Source: Squalus acanthias
Lineage: Eukaryota
NCBI GenBank assembly: GCA_030390025.1
Contig: CM059438.1
Span: 79,546,001 to 79,610,000 of the forward strand
DNA length: 64,000 bases
Reading direction: 5' to 3'
Shown: one piece after another, positions 38,676 through 52,736 of the stretch
Position numbering within the stretch: position 1 is the stretch's first letter
Layout: every line of letters starts with the position of its first letter
Translations under genes and position numbers: made by a program
The notes under the pieces: model-generated
Database searches by the model: none
Seen by the model: the letters and a program-made list of their open reading frames with translations, nothing else
What the model was told of the DNA's origin: nothing

Positions 38676-39159
38676 GATATCGAGTATAATAACCTTATCC
38701 TAAAACATTCCTCATAAAAACATAGCCACGTTTTTTCCATATAAAAATTAAACCAGCACATTTTCTGAGTCATCTGATAACTCACTGATTTAGGGTCTCA
38801 TTTTTAGATTGTTCCCTAAGAATTGGGAGGCGTCTCGAAGATACCAAGCCCATACACAGAAAGCTGGAAAACTCACCAACAACTCCAAAAAAGCTGACAA
38901 CTCAAAATAACAACCACCAACAAAAAAAACCCTAATTAGAGATCTATGGCCATGGCCACTGCTTTATAGTGATTGAATAATTTAAACTGTTTATTTACAT
39001 GGTTTTCTATGATTTTCACCAGTGTTTTGCAATCATATTTCAGAATTTGCTCCCTTTTCCTATGAAAAACAAAATCTAAAGGCTTACTTATGGCATGAAA
39101 ACAAGTGGTAGGACATGAGCTTGTTACACATGAGTGTGTAGATATATCCATCACTTGTA

Positions 39160-39600
39160 CTGACCCATTAACCCCTGCTTGCTGACCATCATTGGCTCCC
39201 GGTCACCCAAGGCCTCCAATTTAAAATTCTCATCCTCGTGTTCACAACCTTTCATGGCCTCATCCCTCCCTATCTAGATAACCTGCTCTGGCCTACAACT
39301 CTGAGAACTCTGCGTTCCTCCAACTCTGGCATCTCAGGCAGCCCCCCATTCTCCTTGCCCCACCGTTTGCAGCCATTCCTTGAGCCGTCTTGGCCCTAAA
39401 CCCCGGAGTTCCCTCCCTAAATCTCTCCGCCTTCCTCTCCTCCTTCAAGACCCTCCTTCGAACCTGCCTGTTTGACCAAGTTTTAGTCACCCCTCCTAAT
39501 ATCTACTTCTTTGGCTCGATGTTAATTTTTGTCTGATTACACTTCTGTGAACTGCCTTAAGACATTTTCTGACGTTAAAGGCACGATATAAATGTAAATT
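39160..39600 (+). mobile_element. L2 LINE 3' end
   Basis: Homologous to 22045-22479 (tttaaaattctcatcct, tttgaccaag, ttaaaggcacgatataaatg). Confidence 0.85.
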
Positions 39601-40225
39601 AAGAACACAAGAACATAAGAAATAGGAGCAGGAGTAGGTCATTCGGCCCTTTGAGCCTGCCCCGCCATTCAATGAGATCATGGCTGATCTTCTGCCTCAA
39701 CTCCATTCACCGGCCCTATCGCCATATCCCTTGATGCCCTTACTAGTCAGAAATCTATCAATCTCTGTCTTGAATATACCCAATGACTGAGCCTCCACAG
39801 CCCTCTGGGGTAGAGAATTCCAAAGATTCACCACCCTCTGTGTGAAGAAATTTCTTCTCATCTCGGTCCTGAATGGCCTACCCTTTATCCTGAGGCTGTG
39901 GCCCCTGGTTCTAGACTCCTCAGCCAAGGGAAACATTCTCCCAGCATCCACCCTATCAAGCCCTGTAATAATTTTGTATGCTTCAATGAGATCCCCTCTC
40001 ATTCTTCTGAATTCAAGAGAATACAGGCCTAGTTTACTCAATCTCTTCTCATACGACAGTCCCGCCATCCCAGGAATCAATCTCGTGAACCTTCGTTGCA
40101 CTCCCTCTATGGCAAGTATATCCTTCCTTAGGTAAGGAGACCAAAATTGTGCACAGTACTCCAGGTGTGGTCTCACCATGGCCCTATATAATTGGAGTAA
40201 GACTTCTTTACTCCTGTACTCAAAT
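39601..40225 (-). mobile_element. CR1 LINE 3' fragment
   Basis: ORF VRPHLEYCAQFWSPYLRKDI...RRNFFTQRVVNLWNSLP, with aagaacataagaa tail. Confidence 0.95.
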
Positions 40226-40334
40226 TGTTGTTGTTAACTTGTCTTTTGTAACATCAAAAGGTGTTATGCAGTGAGTATAACACAGCAGACCCAATGTATG
40301 CTGCACCATGGCTGCATGAGGTAATAATGTAAAC

Positions 40335-40590
40335 AACACCTCGCAAACCTGCGACCTCTACCACCTGCAAGTTCCCCTCCAAGTCACACACCAGCCTGAC
40401 TTGGAAATATATCGCCATTCCTTCATTGTCACTGGGTTAAAACCCTGGAACTCCCAACCTAACAGCACTGTGGGCGTACCTTCACCACACGGACTGCAGC
40501 GGTTCAAGGCGGCAGCTCACCACCACCTTCTCAAGGGCAATTAGGGATGGGCAATAAATGATGGCCACATCCCATAAACAAATAAAAAAA
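40335..40590 (+). mobile_element. 3' end of the 46481-49059 LINE family
   Basis: Near-identical to 48750-49059, including aagggcaattagggatgggcaataaatg and an A-rich tail. Confidence 0.88.
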
Positions 40591-40611
40591 GTAATGGGCT
40601 GGAGGCTTACT

Positions 40612-42579
40612 TAAGAACATAAGAAATAGGAGCAGGAGAAGGCCATTAGACCCTTCGAGCCTGCTCCGCCATTCAATGAGATCATGGCTGATCTTCTTCC
40701 TCATCTCCACTTTCCTGCACTATCCCCATATCCCTTGTTTCCCTTAATATTCAAAAATCTATCGATCTCGGTCTTGAATATACTTAATGACGGAGCCTCC
40801 ACAGCCCTCTGGGGTAGAGAATTCCAAAGATTCACCACCCTGAGTGAAAAAATTTCTCCTCCTCTCAGTCCTAAATGACTGACCCCTTATTCTGAGACTG
40901 TGACCTCTGGTTCTAAACTCCCCAGCCAGGGGAAACAGCCTCCCTGCATCTACCCTGTCAAGCCCTGTAAGAATTTTGTATGTTTCAATGAGGTCACCTC
41001 TCATTCTTCTAAACTCTAGAGAATATAGGCCTAGTCTACTTAATCTCTCCTCATAGGACAATCCCCCCTTCCCAGAAATCAGTCTGGTGAACCTTCGTTG
41101 CACTCCCTCTATGGCAAGTATATCCTTCCTTAGATAAGGAGACCAAAACTGTACACAATACTCCAGGTGTGGTCTCACCAGGGCCCAATAAGAGTCTTTA
41201 CTCTTATACTCAAATCCTCTTGTAATTAAGGCCAACATACCATTTGCTTTCCTAATTGCTTGCTGTACCTGCATGTTAACTTTCAGTGATTCGTGTACAA
41301 GGACACCCAGGTCCCTCTGAACACCAACATTTCCCAATCTCTCACCATTTAAAAAATACTCTGCTTTTCTATTTTTCCTACCAAAGTGGATAACTTCACA
41401 TTTCTCCACATTATATTCCATTTGCCATGTTCTTACCCACTCACTTAGCCTGTCTAAATACCCTTGCAGCCTCCTCACAACTTACATTCTTACCCAGCTT
41501 TGTATCATCAGCAAACCTGGATATATTACATTTGGTCCCCTCATCCAAATCATCGATGTAGATTGTGAATAGCTGAGGCCCAAGCACTGATCCTTGCGGT
41601 ACCCCACTAGTTACAGCCTGCCAACCTGAAAATGACCAGTTTATTCCTACTCTCTGTTTTCTGTCCGTTAACCAATCCTCAATCCATGCTAGCATATTAC
41701 CCCCAATCCCATGAGCCCTAATTTTGTTTAATAACCTCTTGTGTGGCACCTTATCGAATGCCTTCTGAAAATCCAAATACACCACATCCACTGGTTCCCC
41801 CTTATCTATTCTGCTAATTACAACCTCAAAAAACTCTTAACAGATTTGTCAAACATGATTTCCCTTTCATAAATCCGTGTTGACTCTGCCCAATCCTATT
41901 AATTTCAAAGTACCCTGTCACCACGTCCATAATAATAGATTCCAGCATTTTCCCTACTACTGATGTCAGGCTAACTGGTCTGCAGTTCTCCGTTTTCTCT
42001 CTCCCTCCTTTCTTAAATAGTGGGGCTACATTTGCTGCCTTCCAATTCGCGGGAACCGTTCTAGAATCTATGGAATTTTGGAAGATGACAACCAATGCAT
42101 CCACTATCTCTACAGCCACCTCTTTCAAAACCCTAGGATGTAGGCCATCGGGTCCAGGGGATTTATCGGCCCTCTGTCCCATTAATTTCTCCAGCACCAC
42201 TTCCCTTCCAATACCAACCACCTTCAGTTCCTCACCCTCGCCAGACCCCCCGGCTCTCCACCACCTCCGGAAAGCTCCCTGCGTTCTCCTCCGTGAAGAT
42301 AGCCATTTCCTTATTCCCCATTATAATTTCTCCTGTCTCAGCCTGTAATGGACCCACATTTACTTTCAATAATCTTTTCCTTTTTACATACCTATAGAAG
42401 CTTTAACAGTCTGTTTTTATGTCTCTCACTAGTTTACTCTCATATTCTATTTTCCCTTTCTTTATCAATTTCTTGGTCCTCCTTTGCTGAATTCTAAAAT
42501 TCTCCCAATCCTCAGGCTTACATTATAAGCCTTGACAACATTATGAGCCTCTTCCTTTGATCTAATACTATCTTTAACT
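40612..42579 (-). mobile_element. CR1 LINE, 5'-truncated, with frameshifted RT
   Basis: KSPGPDGLHPRVLKE, YLDFQKAFDKV, GVPQGSVLGP, FADD and RPHLEYCVQFW spread across three ORFs. A poly-G run follows at 42581. Confidence 0.96.
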
Positions 42580-43409
42580 GTGGGGGGGGGGGGGGGGGGG
42601 GGAGGGTGTTACAACCTTGGACATGGCCATTTAACAGCCTTATCCACCAGCTATAGCCAAGAACTCTAACTCTAACCACCCATTGTTATACATTGGCTAA
42701 TATTAGCTCCACTTCTGATACAAGCACTATACTCATTTTTATTAGCACAAATACACTTTTAAGCCTTCCCCCCCCCAAAGATTTAATTATTAGATATTGG
42801 TTTAAAGTGCCAAATATTTGTTTAGTCTCAAACCTGTTTCTTTACAAAATGGTTTCTCTGTTACAAAATTGTGCTCTTTTTATTTGTGTATTTTTATGCA
42901 GTCTCCATAGGAGCTGCAAGTCCCCCACCCCTTCCCCAACCTTGCCGCCCTAACATCTAAGTAGGAGGCAAAACAGCCAGCCTGTGAAAGGAATTTTCTT
43001 TCTAGCTCCAGCCAAGATGCTACATTTTGTACTAATTGTCAATTTCAGGAATGCATTGGCTCTCCTTGAACGCATGACCTCTTGTGCATTGCCCTTTAAT
43101 TTGCAGCAAATCACAAAGTCAGGACTGAGAGCAAACAGCAGAGGTCAGGTAGATTTTTCTTCCACAGTGTTAGACAACTTCTTTAGCTCCGCTCTTTACA
43201 TCAAAAAAAACTACTAATTTGCGAGGAATGGCACTCAAGTGCAATTGCAAAGATACAGTTGACCATCCAGTAATCTTTGTTTTCGCAGCTTGAGACTGTA
43301 GCTTACTTTATGGCACCGAAGCGTGCACAAGAGAGGTTTACAGGAAGAGATCAGTCCTCCAAGTTGAATCAAGTTACTCCATAGTTCAAGTTTGTGTCAC
43401 CCACACATC

Positions 43410-43525
43410 TTAAGAACATAGGAAATAGAAGCAGGAGTAGGCCATTTGGCCCTTCGAGCCTGCTCCGCCATTCAATAAGATCATGGCTGATCTTCTACCT
43501 CAGCTCCACCTTCCTGCACTATCCC
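43410..43525 (-). mobile_element. CR1 3' tail
   Basis: aagaacatagg...gcaggagtaggccatttggcccttcgagcctgctccgcc, as at 40612. Confidence 0.85.
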
Positions 43526-46312
43526 ACTTTGCAAATACATGTCAAGGAACAGGAAACTGCTAAACTTCTGCGGTAGACATTGCGCACCAAGAATAGAGCC
43601 AGATGTACTCACCCTCTCCTCAGTCTAGTCTAATATTTTTCTTAAATTCAGAACTCCTCAAAAACCAACTGCACAGTGAATTTGATTTGTAGAAATGGCA
43701 CCAACTAGTATTAATTCATGTAGAAGGCATGATTCCTGGGACAAAATACAATCCAGGCTCATAATATTAGGTTTAGTTTGACCAAATTTTGACCAGGGAG
43801 GGAGGAACAGGGAGAATGAGGTTGAATTTAAAAAGATAGCAATAATACATCAATTGTACTGATAATGGGATGAACACTGGCCTAAATGCAGAAACTATTG
43901 ACACACATAAATATACCTTCACATAATGCCTCAGTGGTGTTGATTGTCTCACAAGGGACGAATTGGTGGATGACAAAAAGAGTAGGGTTTTAACAGTTCA
44001 AATAAAATCAGACAAACTGCATTCCAATGAGCCTAGTAGTGGTAAGGAACTGTTTGTTAAAATTTATTTTAAAAAATATATTCAGTTCTTTTAATGATCA
44101 GCAGGAGGTTAAATATGTTATACTTGTCTCTATATACACAGTGAATGAAGGCTACAAGTGATTTACAAGACATTTACACTATTGGAGTTCAGATAACAAT
44201 GAACCATAAAAGTATTGTCATCAGTTTTAAATGCAATGATCTCATAAATTTTACAACAATCACCACTTAACTGGCTTGTCTAAGCTGCACACTTCAAGCT
44301 GTTTAGTTGCCATTCTTGGGCCAGTAGGTTAAAACCTAATGAGGCTGCCCTGTTTCAGGTTGTTCACTGTATTGTATACATCGTACTGCCACACCATAAT
44401 GATGGGGACTACCATATCTTCAACACTTCAGTAATGCTTGTGAATTAAGATGATGCTCATTGGGATACAATTCACTTTGTGTAATACCACAGGCAGCCTC
44501 ACTATTCTCAGAGTTACCATGAACTTTAATGATGGGCTCACCTATGCAAAACTTGATTAATCCTCTCACCAACAGTCTTCTGTCACATACTCCAAACACA
44601 ACAGCAGTTCACTTTGTACTAATCTGTGTAATTGTACCAAAGTTGGACTTAATTAACCTAATTGAGGGTCACTTGATAGAATTATCTGCCATGTCTGTTG
44701 AACAATGTTTGTTTAACAAGAACTGTGCACATGTGGTGGTTGTTATCTCACAACGAGCTTAGTTGAACTTTATTGACTTACAATGGAATTAAGAAGAAAA
44801 ACTAAGAAAACTGCAGTGTTGATTTAATATTTTTTTAAACATCATCCAGATTTTGTCCCATTTTTTAAACTAACTTTACTATTCTTTTCTAACCCCTTTT
44901 AAATTAACATTAAAATCTTTTACCTTATTCTTCTTTCCCCTGATTGCCACCATCTATTTTTGAGTTGAGGGGACCCAGTTTACCATAAAAGTGATTAATT
45001 TTACACATCACAAAGTAAACGGCTACCAAATGTGTATAATTTTGATGCCCCCCCCCACCCCCTTCCAAAGAATCTGACAATTCATAGATGAGTGAAGTTG
45101 TCCATGAAAATATATTGTGGAGTTACTTGCCTTTTTCTCTTCATTGTAATTTTTGCATAATTCATAATGGGGTAATAAAAGTGTTTTTTAAATTTTCTTT
45201 GAACACATTTGTTTACAAGTTATGGACATGGGGAAAAAGAGCTGTTTGACAGTCAAGAATCATCTAGTCGGGTAACGAAGACTCTGTTCGCTTTCCAGTT
45301 GGGGTGGGAAGGTGGCGCACCGCGAGTATGGACATGTTGGGCAATCAATGGCAGGAGTGTGGGGGCAGGGCGGTTGGAGGCAGGGGTTCATGTGATGACA
45401 CATCCAGGAATATGCCCAACCAGAGTTGGCAACCCTATGAAAAGCATAAGAAGAATAGAAGCTTCTGAAAGGAACAGAAGGCAAGGCAGGGGCTGCTAAA
45501 ATGGGTGGGGGGTGGGGGGTCTAGTGGCAAAAGTTGTCGAATATAAAGTAAGATGTAATGGGCAAGTTTTGTATTTGTCTTTCAGAATTCTTGAACTTTG
45601 TAAGGGTATTTAGCAGGACGGGTGAAGAAATAATTTGGCTGGTGGTAGTTTTCCTACTTGTCCGCAGTTGAGTCACATGGTTATGTCATCCAATCAGTAA
45701 AGTCTGAGAGTTTTTTTTGGTGCTATGAACACATTTAAAGTGACACACACTATATGCACAAGACTTCTAATTATATAGAGGTTACTTTAATCACAAAAAA
45801 ATATGGCAATACAAGTAGGATTCTACTAAAGCCGACCACAGCTGCAGTGCCATCTTCCATGAATAAGCAACAATTATACAGGTTTTCATTTCAAGCTTTG
45901 AACTTATTTGTGCCAAAAAGAAATGATTTGATTTATGAAGCAAACATCTTATGAAAGTTGTTGAGACAAAAACACAACATGTGCTAAACAATACCTTCAG
46001 AAACAAAATCTGAGGCGAGGCAAATAAAACCCTTAAGAAAGCAAAGAAAAATGTAATATCACCACAATGTACCCATCAATGGTGGTGACTTCTGAAGGCT
46101 TAAAATCTGGGTCTTCTACTGAGGATGAAACCGAGGCACACTATCTATCACCAGACTGCCTGGGAAACTGACGTACTCAGTCACTGTAATACCCTCATGG
46201 AATGGAAATGGAAATCTCACACCACTATCGCACCGCCCACCCTCGCCATCCCACCCCAGCCCCACCATTATTTTTTCAGGCCTCTTGATTTCGCAGCAGG
46301 GTTAGCGAGAAT

Positions 46313-49300
46313 GGGCCAGATTTTGCTGTAGCGGTGCATCTAACTACGTCTGCTGTTTGTTGCCCCAGCACCCTAGAGCTCAAAAAGTTTTTGCCGACAA
46401 AGTTGCTGAACGTGCAAGCTGATAACGGTGCAGCGAGGGAAACAGGACATCTGGCACCTGAGTGAACAGGGCAATTACAGGAACAGTGGCATAGTGGTTA
46501 TGTTACTGGACCAGTGATCCAGAGGCCTGGACTAACGATCCGGAGACGTGAGTTCAAATCCCACCTCAAATCCAAGTCGGCAGCTGGGGAATTTAAATTC
46601 AGTTAATTAAATAAATCTGGAATAAGAAGCTAGTATCAGTAATGGTGACCATGAAACTATCGGATTGTTGTAAAAACCCATCTGGTTCACTGATGTCCTT
46701 TTGGGAAGGAAATCTGCCGTCCTTACCTTACCAAACCGCTACGAGAAACAATAATATGAATAAATCCAGACAGACCACCCGGCATCGACCTAGGCACCGG
46801 CTTCGGACACGACAACGGCACACCCAGCCCAGTCAACCCTGCAAAGTCCTTCTCACTAACATCTGGGGACTTGTGCCAAAATTGGGAGAGCTGTCCCTCA
46901 GACTAGTCAAGCAACAGCCTGACATAGTCATACTCACAGAATCATACTTTTCAGCTGATGTCCCAGACTCCTCCATCATCATCCCTGGGTATGTCCTGTC
47001 CCACTGGCAGGACAGACCCACCAGGGGTGGCGGCACAGTGGTGTACAGTCGGGAGGGAGTGGTCCTGGGAGTCCTCAACATTGACTCCGGACCCCATGAA
47101 GTCTCATGGCTTCAGGTCAAGCATGGGCAAGGAAACCTCCTGCTGATTACCACCTACCACCCTCCTTCAGCTGATGAATCAGTACTCCTCCATGTTGAAC
47201 ACCACTTGGAAGAAGCACTGAGGATAGCAAGGGCACAGGATGTACTCTGGGTGGGGGACTTCAACGTCACTACTACTGACCGAGCTGGCCAAGTCCTGAA
47301 GGACATAGCTGCCAGACTGGGCCTGCGGCAGGTGGTGAGAGAACCAATACGAGGAAAAAACCTACTTGACCTCGTCCTCACCAATCTACCTGTCGCAGAT
47401 GCATCTGTCCATGACAGCATTGGTAGCAGTGACCACCGCACAGTCATTGTGGAGACGAAGTCCCGTCTTCACACTGAGGACACCCTCCATCGTGTTCTGT
47501 GGCACTACCACCGTGCTAAATAGGGATAGATACAGAACAGATCTAACAGCTCAAAACTGGGCATCCATGAGGCGCTGTGGGCCATCAGCAGCAGCAGAAT
47601 TGTATTTCACCACAATCTGTAACCTCATGGCCCGGCATATCTCTCACTCTACCATTACCATCAAGCCAGGTGACCAACCCTGGTTCAATGAGGAGTACAG
47701 AAGGGCATGCCAGGAGCAGCACCAGGCGTACCTAAAAATGAGGTGTCAACCTGGGGAAACTGCAACACAGGACTACATGCATGCTAAACAGCGGAAAGCA
47801 GCACGCTATAGACAGGGCTAAGCGATCCCACAACCAACGGATCAGATCCAAGCTCTGCAGTCCTGCCACATCCAGTCGTGAATGGTGGTGGACAATTAAA
47901 CAACTAACGGGGGGAGGAGGAGGCTCCATGAATATTCCCATCCTTAATGATGGCGGAGCACAGCACGAGTGCAAAAGACAAGGCTGAAGTGTTTGTAACC
48001 ATCTTCAGCCAGAAGTGCCAAAAGGTTGATCCATCTCGGCCTCCTCCTGAGGTCCCCATCTCAGCCCCAGGGCATCGATGCAGGAGTTCCTCAGGACAGT
48101 GTCCTACTACCCAACCATCTTCAGCTGCTTCATCAATGACCTTCCCTCTATCATAAGGTCAGATGTGGGGATGTTGGCTGATAATTGCACCGTGTTCAGT
48201 TCCATTCGCAACTCCTCAGAAAATGAAGCAGTCCATGCCCACATGCAGCAAGACCTGGACGACATTCAGGCTTGGGCTGATAAGTGGCAAGTAACATTCG
48301 CGCCACACAAGTGCCAGGCAATGACTATCTCGAACAAGCAAAAGTCTAACCACCTCCCCTTGACATTCAACAGCATTACCCTCGCTGAATCCCCCTCCAT
48401 CAACATCCTGGGGATCACCATTGACCAGAAACTTAACTGGATCAACCGCATAAATACTGTGGCAACAAGCGTGAGTCAGGGGCTGGGTATTCTGCGGCAA
48501 GTGAATACCCAAAGCCTTTCCACCATCTACAAGGCACAAGTCAGGATGGCATACTCTCCACTTGCCTGGATGAGTGCAGCTCCAACAACACTCAAGAAGC
48601 TCGACACCATCCAGGACAAAGCAGCCCACTTGACTGGCACCCCATCCACCACCTTCAACATTCACTCCCTCCACCACCGACGTACCGTGGCTGCAGTGTG
48701 TACCATCTAACAAGATACACTGCAGCAACTCGCCAAGGCTTCTTCAACAGCACCTCCCAAACCCGCGACCTCTACCACCTAGAAGGACAAGGGCAGCAGG
48801 TGCATGGGAAGACCATCACCTCAAAGTTCTCCTCCAAGTCATACACCACCCTGACTTGGAAATATATTACCGTTCCTTCATCATCACTGGGTCAAAATCC
48901 TGGAACTCCCTCCCTAACAGCACTGTGGAAGTACTTTCACCACACGGACTGCAGCGGTTCAAGAAGGTGGCTCACCACCATCTTCTCAAGGGCAATTAGG
49001 GATTGGCAATAAATGCTGGCCCTGCCAGCAACGCCCACATCCTGGAACGAATAAAAAAAGATCAACAGGGTATTTCCTTAAGCAATGAGATTTAAGGATT
49101 GGGAATAAACACATGAAGGACTGATAAGGAGGGTGACTTAAAGGGGTAAATTCAATGTTAAATCAGACATAGAAAGTGAAATAAAGAGGGAAAGAAAGAT
49201 TGGATTAAGAGAGAGAACAAAAGAGACAGAAAGGAAGAGTAAAAAAAACCTAACATTTAAAATTGACATTTTTAAAATCTCCAAAAATAATTTTCAACCT

Positions 49301-49677
49301 GAAGGAATGAGACACCACACTTATAATAGTTAGTTTTCAGTGCCAGAGAGGTTGATTGGCAGTCATTAACACTGATCACCTCGTTAAAAGGGTACTTAAG
49401 CTTGTAATTACTAGCTCTAATTATCTGCGGTGGGTTTAGTTCGTATCTACCTAGAAAATACAGCAACCTCATGACATTAAATACATTTCAATAGTGATCA
49501 AACAGCAAAATGCAGTTTAGCAACACTAACAGTGGAGCAACACAACTCAGACAGCAACTTTTGGAAATTCACATTTAACCGCACATCTGCCCCTCGCCTG
49601 AAGTCGCTGTACCATTTATGCATAAATAACGGCGAGCGCCATCAGCCTCACTGTTATTTTGAAGCAAAATCTGGCCC
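46313..49677. mobile_element. TIR element (same family as 34445-35176) split by a LINE insertion
   Basis: Perfect 15-bp TIRs gggccagattttgct (46313-46327) and agcaaaatctggccc (49663-49677). Halves at 46313-46480 and 49060-49677. Confidence 0.85.
46481..49059 (+). mobile_element. CR1/L2-group LINE with a tRNA-like 5' head, APE endonuclease and internally deleted RT
   Basis: A-box tggcatagtgg and B-box gagttcaaatccc. APE motifs PDIVILTE, WVGDFN, LDLVLTN, SDH. RT remnants FSCFINDLP, LADN and WQVTFAPHKC. Ends gaataaaaaaa. Confidence 0.9.
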
Positions 49678-52600
49678 AACATCTTTTAATAAATGAAATA
49701 TGAAACATCTTTTCAGTAAAAGGCAAAAGATTTATACAATAACAAGACGCAACAGGACACAAAATGGTCTTTCATTGAATAAAATGTGTTTCTCATGGCT
49801 GAGATATTATGGTGTTTATTTTGTGTAAAACAAACAAGCAGAAAGTGATTCAACCTATTTCCTGATTAAGTGATTAAAAAGGATATTTCCTGAATGATCT
49901 CCTGAGCTGTAGAGATTATTTCTTGAGGGTATTTGTTAGCTTCACACTGGACTGTAGAGTTACATTTTTCCATAACAAAGAGACTCCGTAACAGAGTTCA
50001 ATATTAATTTGTAAATAATTCACTAGCTCTGGGATACTGATAGCGTGTTAGTAAATAAATCATTATCAGTACCTACAGCTAGAACTATTTGTTATATTTA
50101 TTTCAAGTCATTATACATAATGCATTTGTATTTTTTTTAATGCACTATTGCTGCCAGAACTCATCATTGCACTTAAAGAAACTCCGTCAGTTTTGTTTCA
50201 CAACTATTTGACTATTTTCCATATGTATTTTTGCATTAAATATTTCCCATAAAATACTGATTAGCAACTAAGTAAATGACTCACGTGAATTTTGTACATT
50301 TTAAATATTTCTGGATTAAATTGTACAGAAATCCTAAAAGTGCCAATAAGTATTTTTTCTCCATATAATCTAAATGTTATTTTTCCTCATAAATGTATTC
50401 TGTGTTCACATTTAACATTCGCTGAAATTTTACCTGCTCCAAGGACATAATTCCAATGGAGTAAATCACTTCCATTGTCTCAGATCTTCAATTGTTAAAC
50501 TACTTTCTAATCATTCCAATTATGTAGAACCATAATCGATCATCAAGACATTTCCCATTCATTCCTATTATATAGAATTCAAATCCATTTTTGATTCACT
50601 CCCATTGTATAAACTGGTGACCATGGAAGTGGGTCAATGCATTGTCCTTTACTTCTGTCACTTCGGTTGAACCCAGCAAAGTCTGATAAGGTGACAGTCT
50701 CTTCTTTGCATTTGATGTAAGGGTCCTAGGTGAATTGAGTTTGTGTAGTCTCAACCTAAACCTCAAGGGATATGGCAAGAAAGTCACTGCATAACACTGC
50801 CTGTAATTTAGCGTGAAATTGCAATTGCAAATTAAAATGAGAGGCCATTGATAAGGCTGGTGCTAGTTCTGTTCTAGAGTTGTGGTTAGCCATATTGTTT
50901 GTACACGTAAGAAATACTTACTGTGTCTCAATTCCGTATTACACATAACTTGAGAATATTTGATGTAGACAGTGGGTGCAAAAACTGGAAGAATGTTCTG
51001 TTCCTCAGCGCTGACATCCTTCATTTTGATGAGCACAGAAGTAATATTCAAAATTCCTGATTCAGGCATAAAATGGTCACAAGTACTCTAGTCAATCCAT
51101 TGCTCAGTGCCACTGAAAAAGAGCAGCACACTGAAGAAGTCTAATGACTTTTGTGTAAGAAATTATCTTGTTTAGTTTCTGCTTAGACTGAATTGTTGAA
51201 TGAACGATTAAAATAACTGTGTTCCAGAGATATCCAAGTTGGCTGTTTTTTCATAGTAATCTTGATCCACACAAGCCTACCGATTCATTAATTTGACTGA
51301 ACTATATCCGCAGGATGTTAATTGTGGCAGAAACATATTCATATTTATATCAATTTCTAAACATGAAATATACAGAAAGGTAGTTCTGGATGATCCTCTA
51401 ATTTCTGTAACTTAAAAAGAGGTGATTTTTTTTAAACAAAGTATTGCATACTTGTTAAAATACCAACATTTCCAGACATAATGGCAATAAAATACATTTT
51501 GGGCTTCTCTGTACAGTTTGAGGACTGGATTTGAATTCCAGTCTGGGCTGACATTTGAAGTTATCCAGCTCTTAGTCGATGAGATTGTTCCACTCTTCGG
51601 CTGGGTAGTTGGATGATGCGCCTTTTGGTAATGGAACATTCCGATTCTGGAGAAAGAAAGGAGAATGTGTGGGAGGCCAAATCCAGGTGCACACCCGTCA
51701 GCTCATTACTGAGTGACAGCCCACAACGTCCTCCCACACCTCCCAAAACCGGAAGCGAAACAGCTGAAGGGGAACCTAAAGGAGGAATTTCCAATTAAAA
51801 ATAATTTCCAGCAACATATGATTTATTAAATAAATCCATTCATAATACAGACTTTGCATGGAGAGATGAAATAAGTTACTTTGCTCCTCACACCTCATCA
51901 TATTGTTTGTTTCTCAGTAAAGCACATGCATGTTTGGAACAATTGCTCTTTGAAAGAGATTTACCTTCCACCTTCCAGAAATGCTTAGACTATTTGCATG
52001 TTTTGATGGAATCACCAGAGACATTATAAGCCTAATTGAATATGCATAAGTGACAGTTATGTTGCTGCTGAAATATTTATTACTTTGGTTTCATTACATT
52101 CTTTTTCCCCCCACCCTACAAAGCCCCTTTTTTGTTTGCAATGCATATTTTGTTATTTGCAGTTTGCGACCTTTTTGTGTTTAGGATTTTCTATTCAATT
52201 TTTCTTCCGTGTTGGTCCTCAAAATTCATAAAATCACAAAAAAATGTTAAAATGTACACGGATTGAAGCCTCCTTTTCACTAGTTCTGTGATAATGCAGC
52301 ACATAATGTGGTAGGTAATCAGGAGCTTGTGTGTTGAAACATCTCATGAATACATGCAAGTTACCATAAGTGGGCATTGTAATCCACACATGAAGTATAT
52401 CCACTCATTGCTTTTACTTACCTATTCCCATTGAACAAATTCCTCATCTTCCTTCCTGTTAGTTTCAGTGGACCTCAAATTAAAAGTTTTTGAAAAAAAT
52501 GCAACCAAATATATAAGCCTTGAAAAATTGATAGCTACTTGGCTGCAAATTCCTGTTTACAGTTTAAAATCTGATTAGAAGCTCAAGAAACATCAAAACC

Positions 52601-52736
52601 ATGTCACCGCTGTGGTGAGCTTCCAAATTGATTCTTTCCACTGTTCTCTAAAAATATTTACTCGAAGCTGGCGGGCAATTAAACAAAGTTGCTGCTTGAT
52701 GAACTTATACTTACAAATACGATAGACCTTGTTCAA

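Noticed and set aside
51613-51798. 61-aa Pro/Ser-rich ORF in a locally GC-richer patch with ETS and E-box motifs
   Set aside because: No recognisable homology or splice context, and the motifs are too short to support a call.
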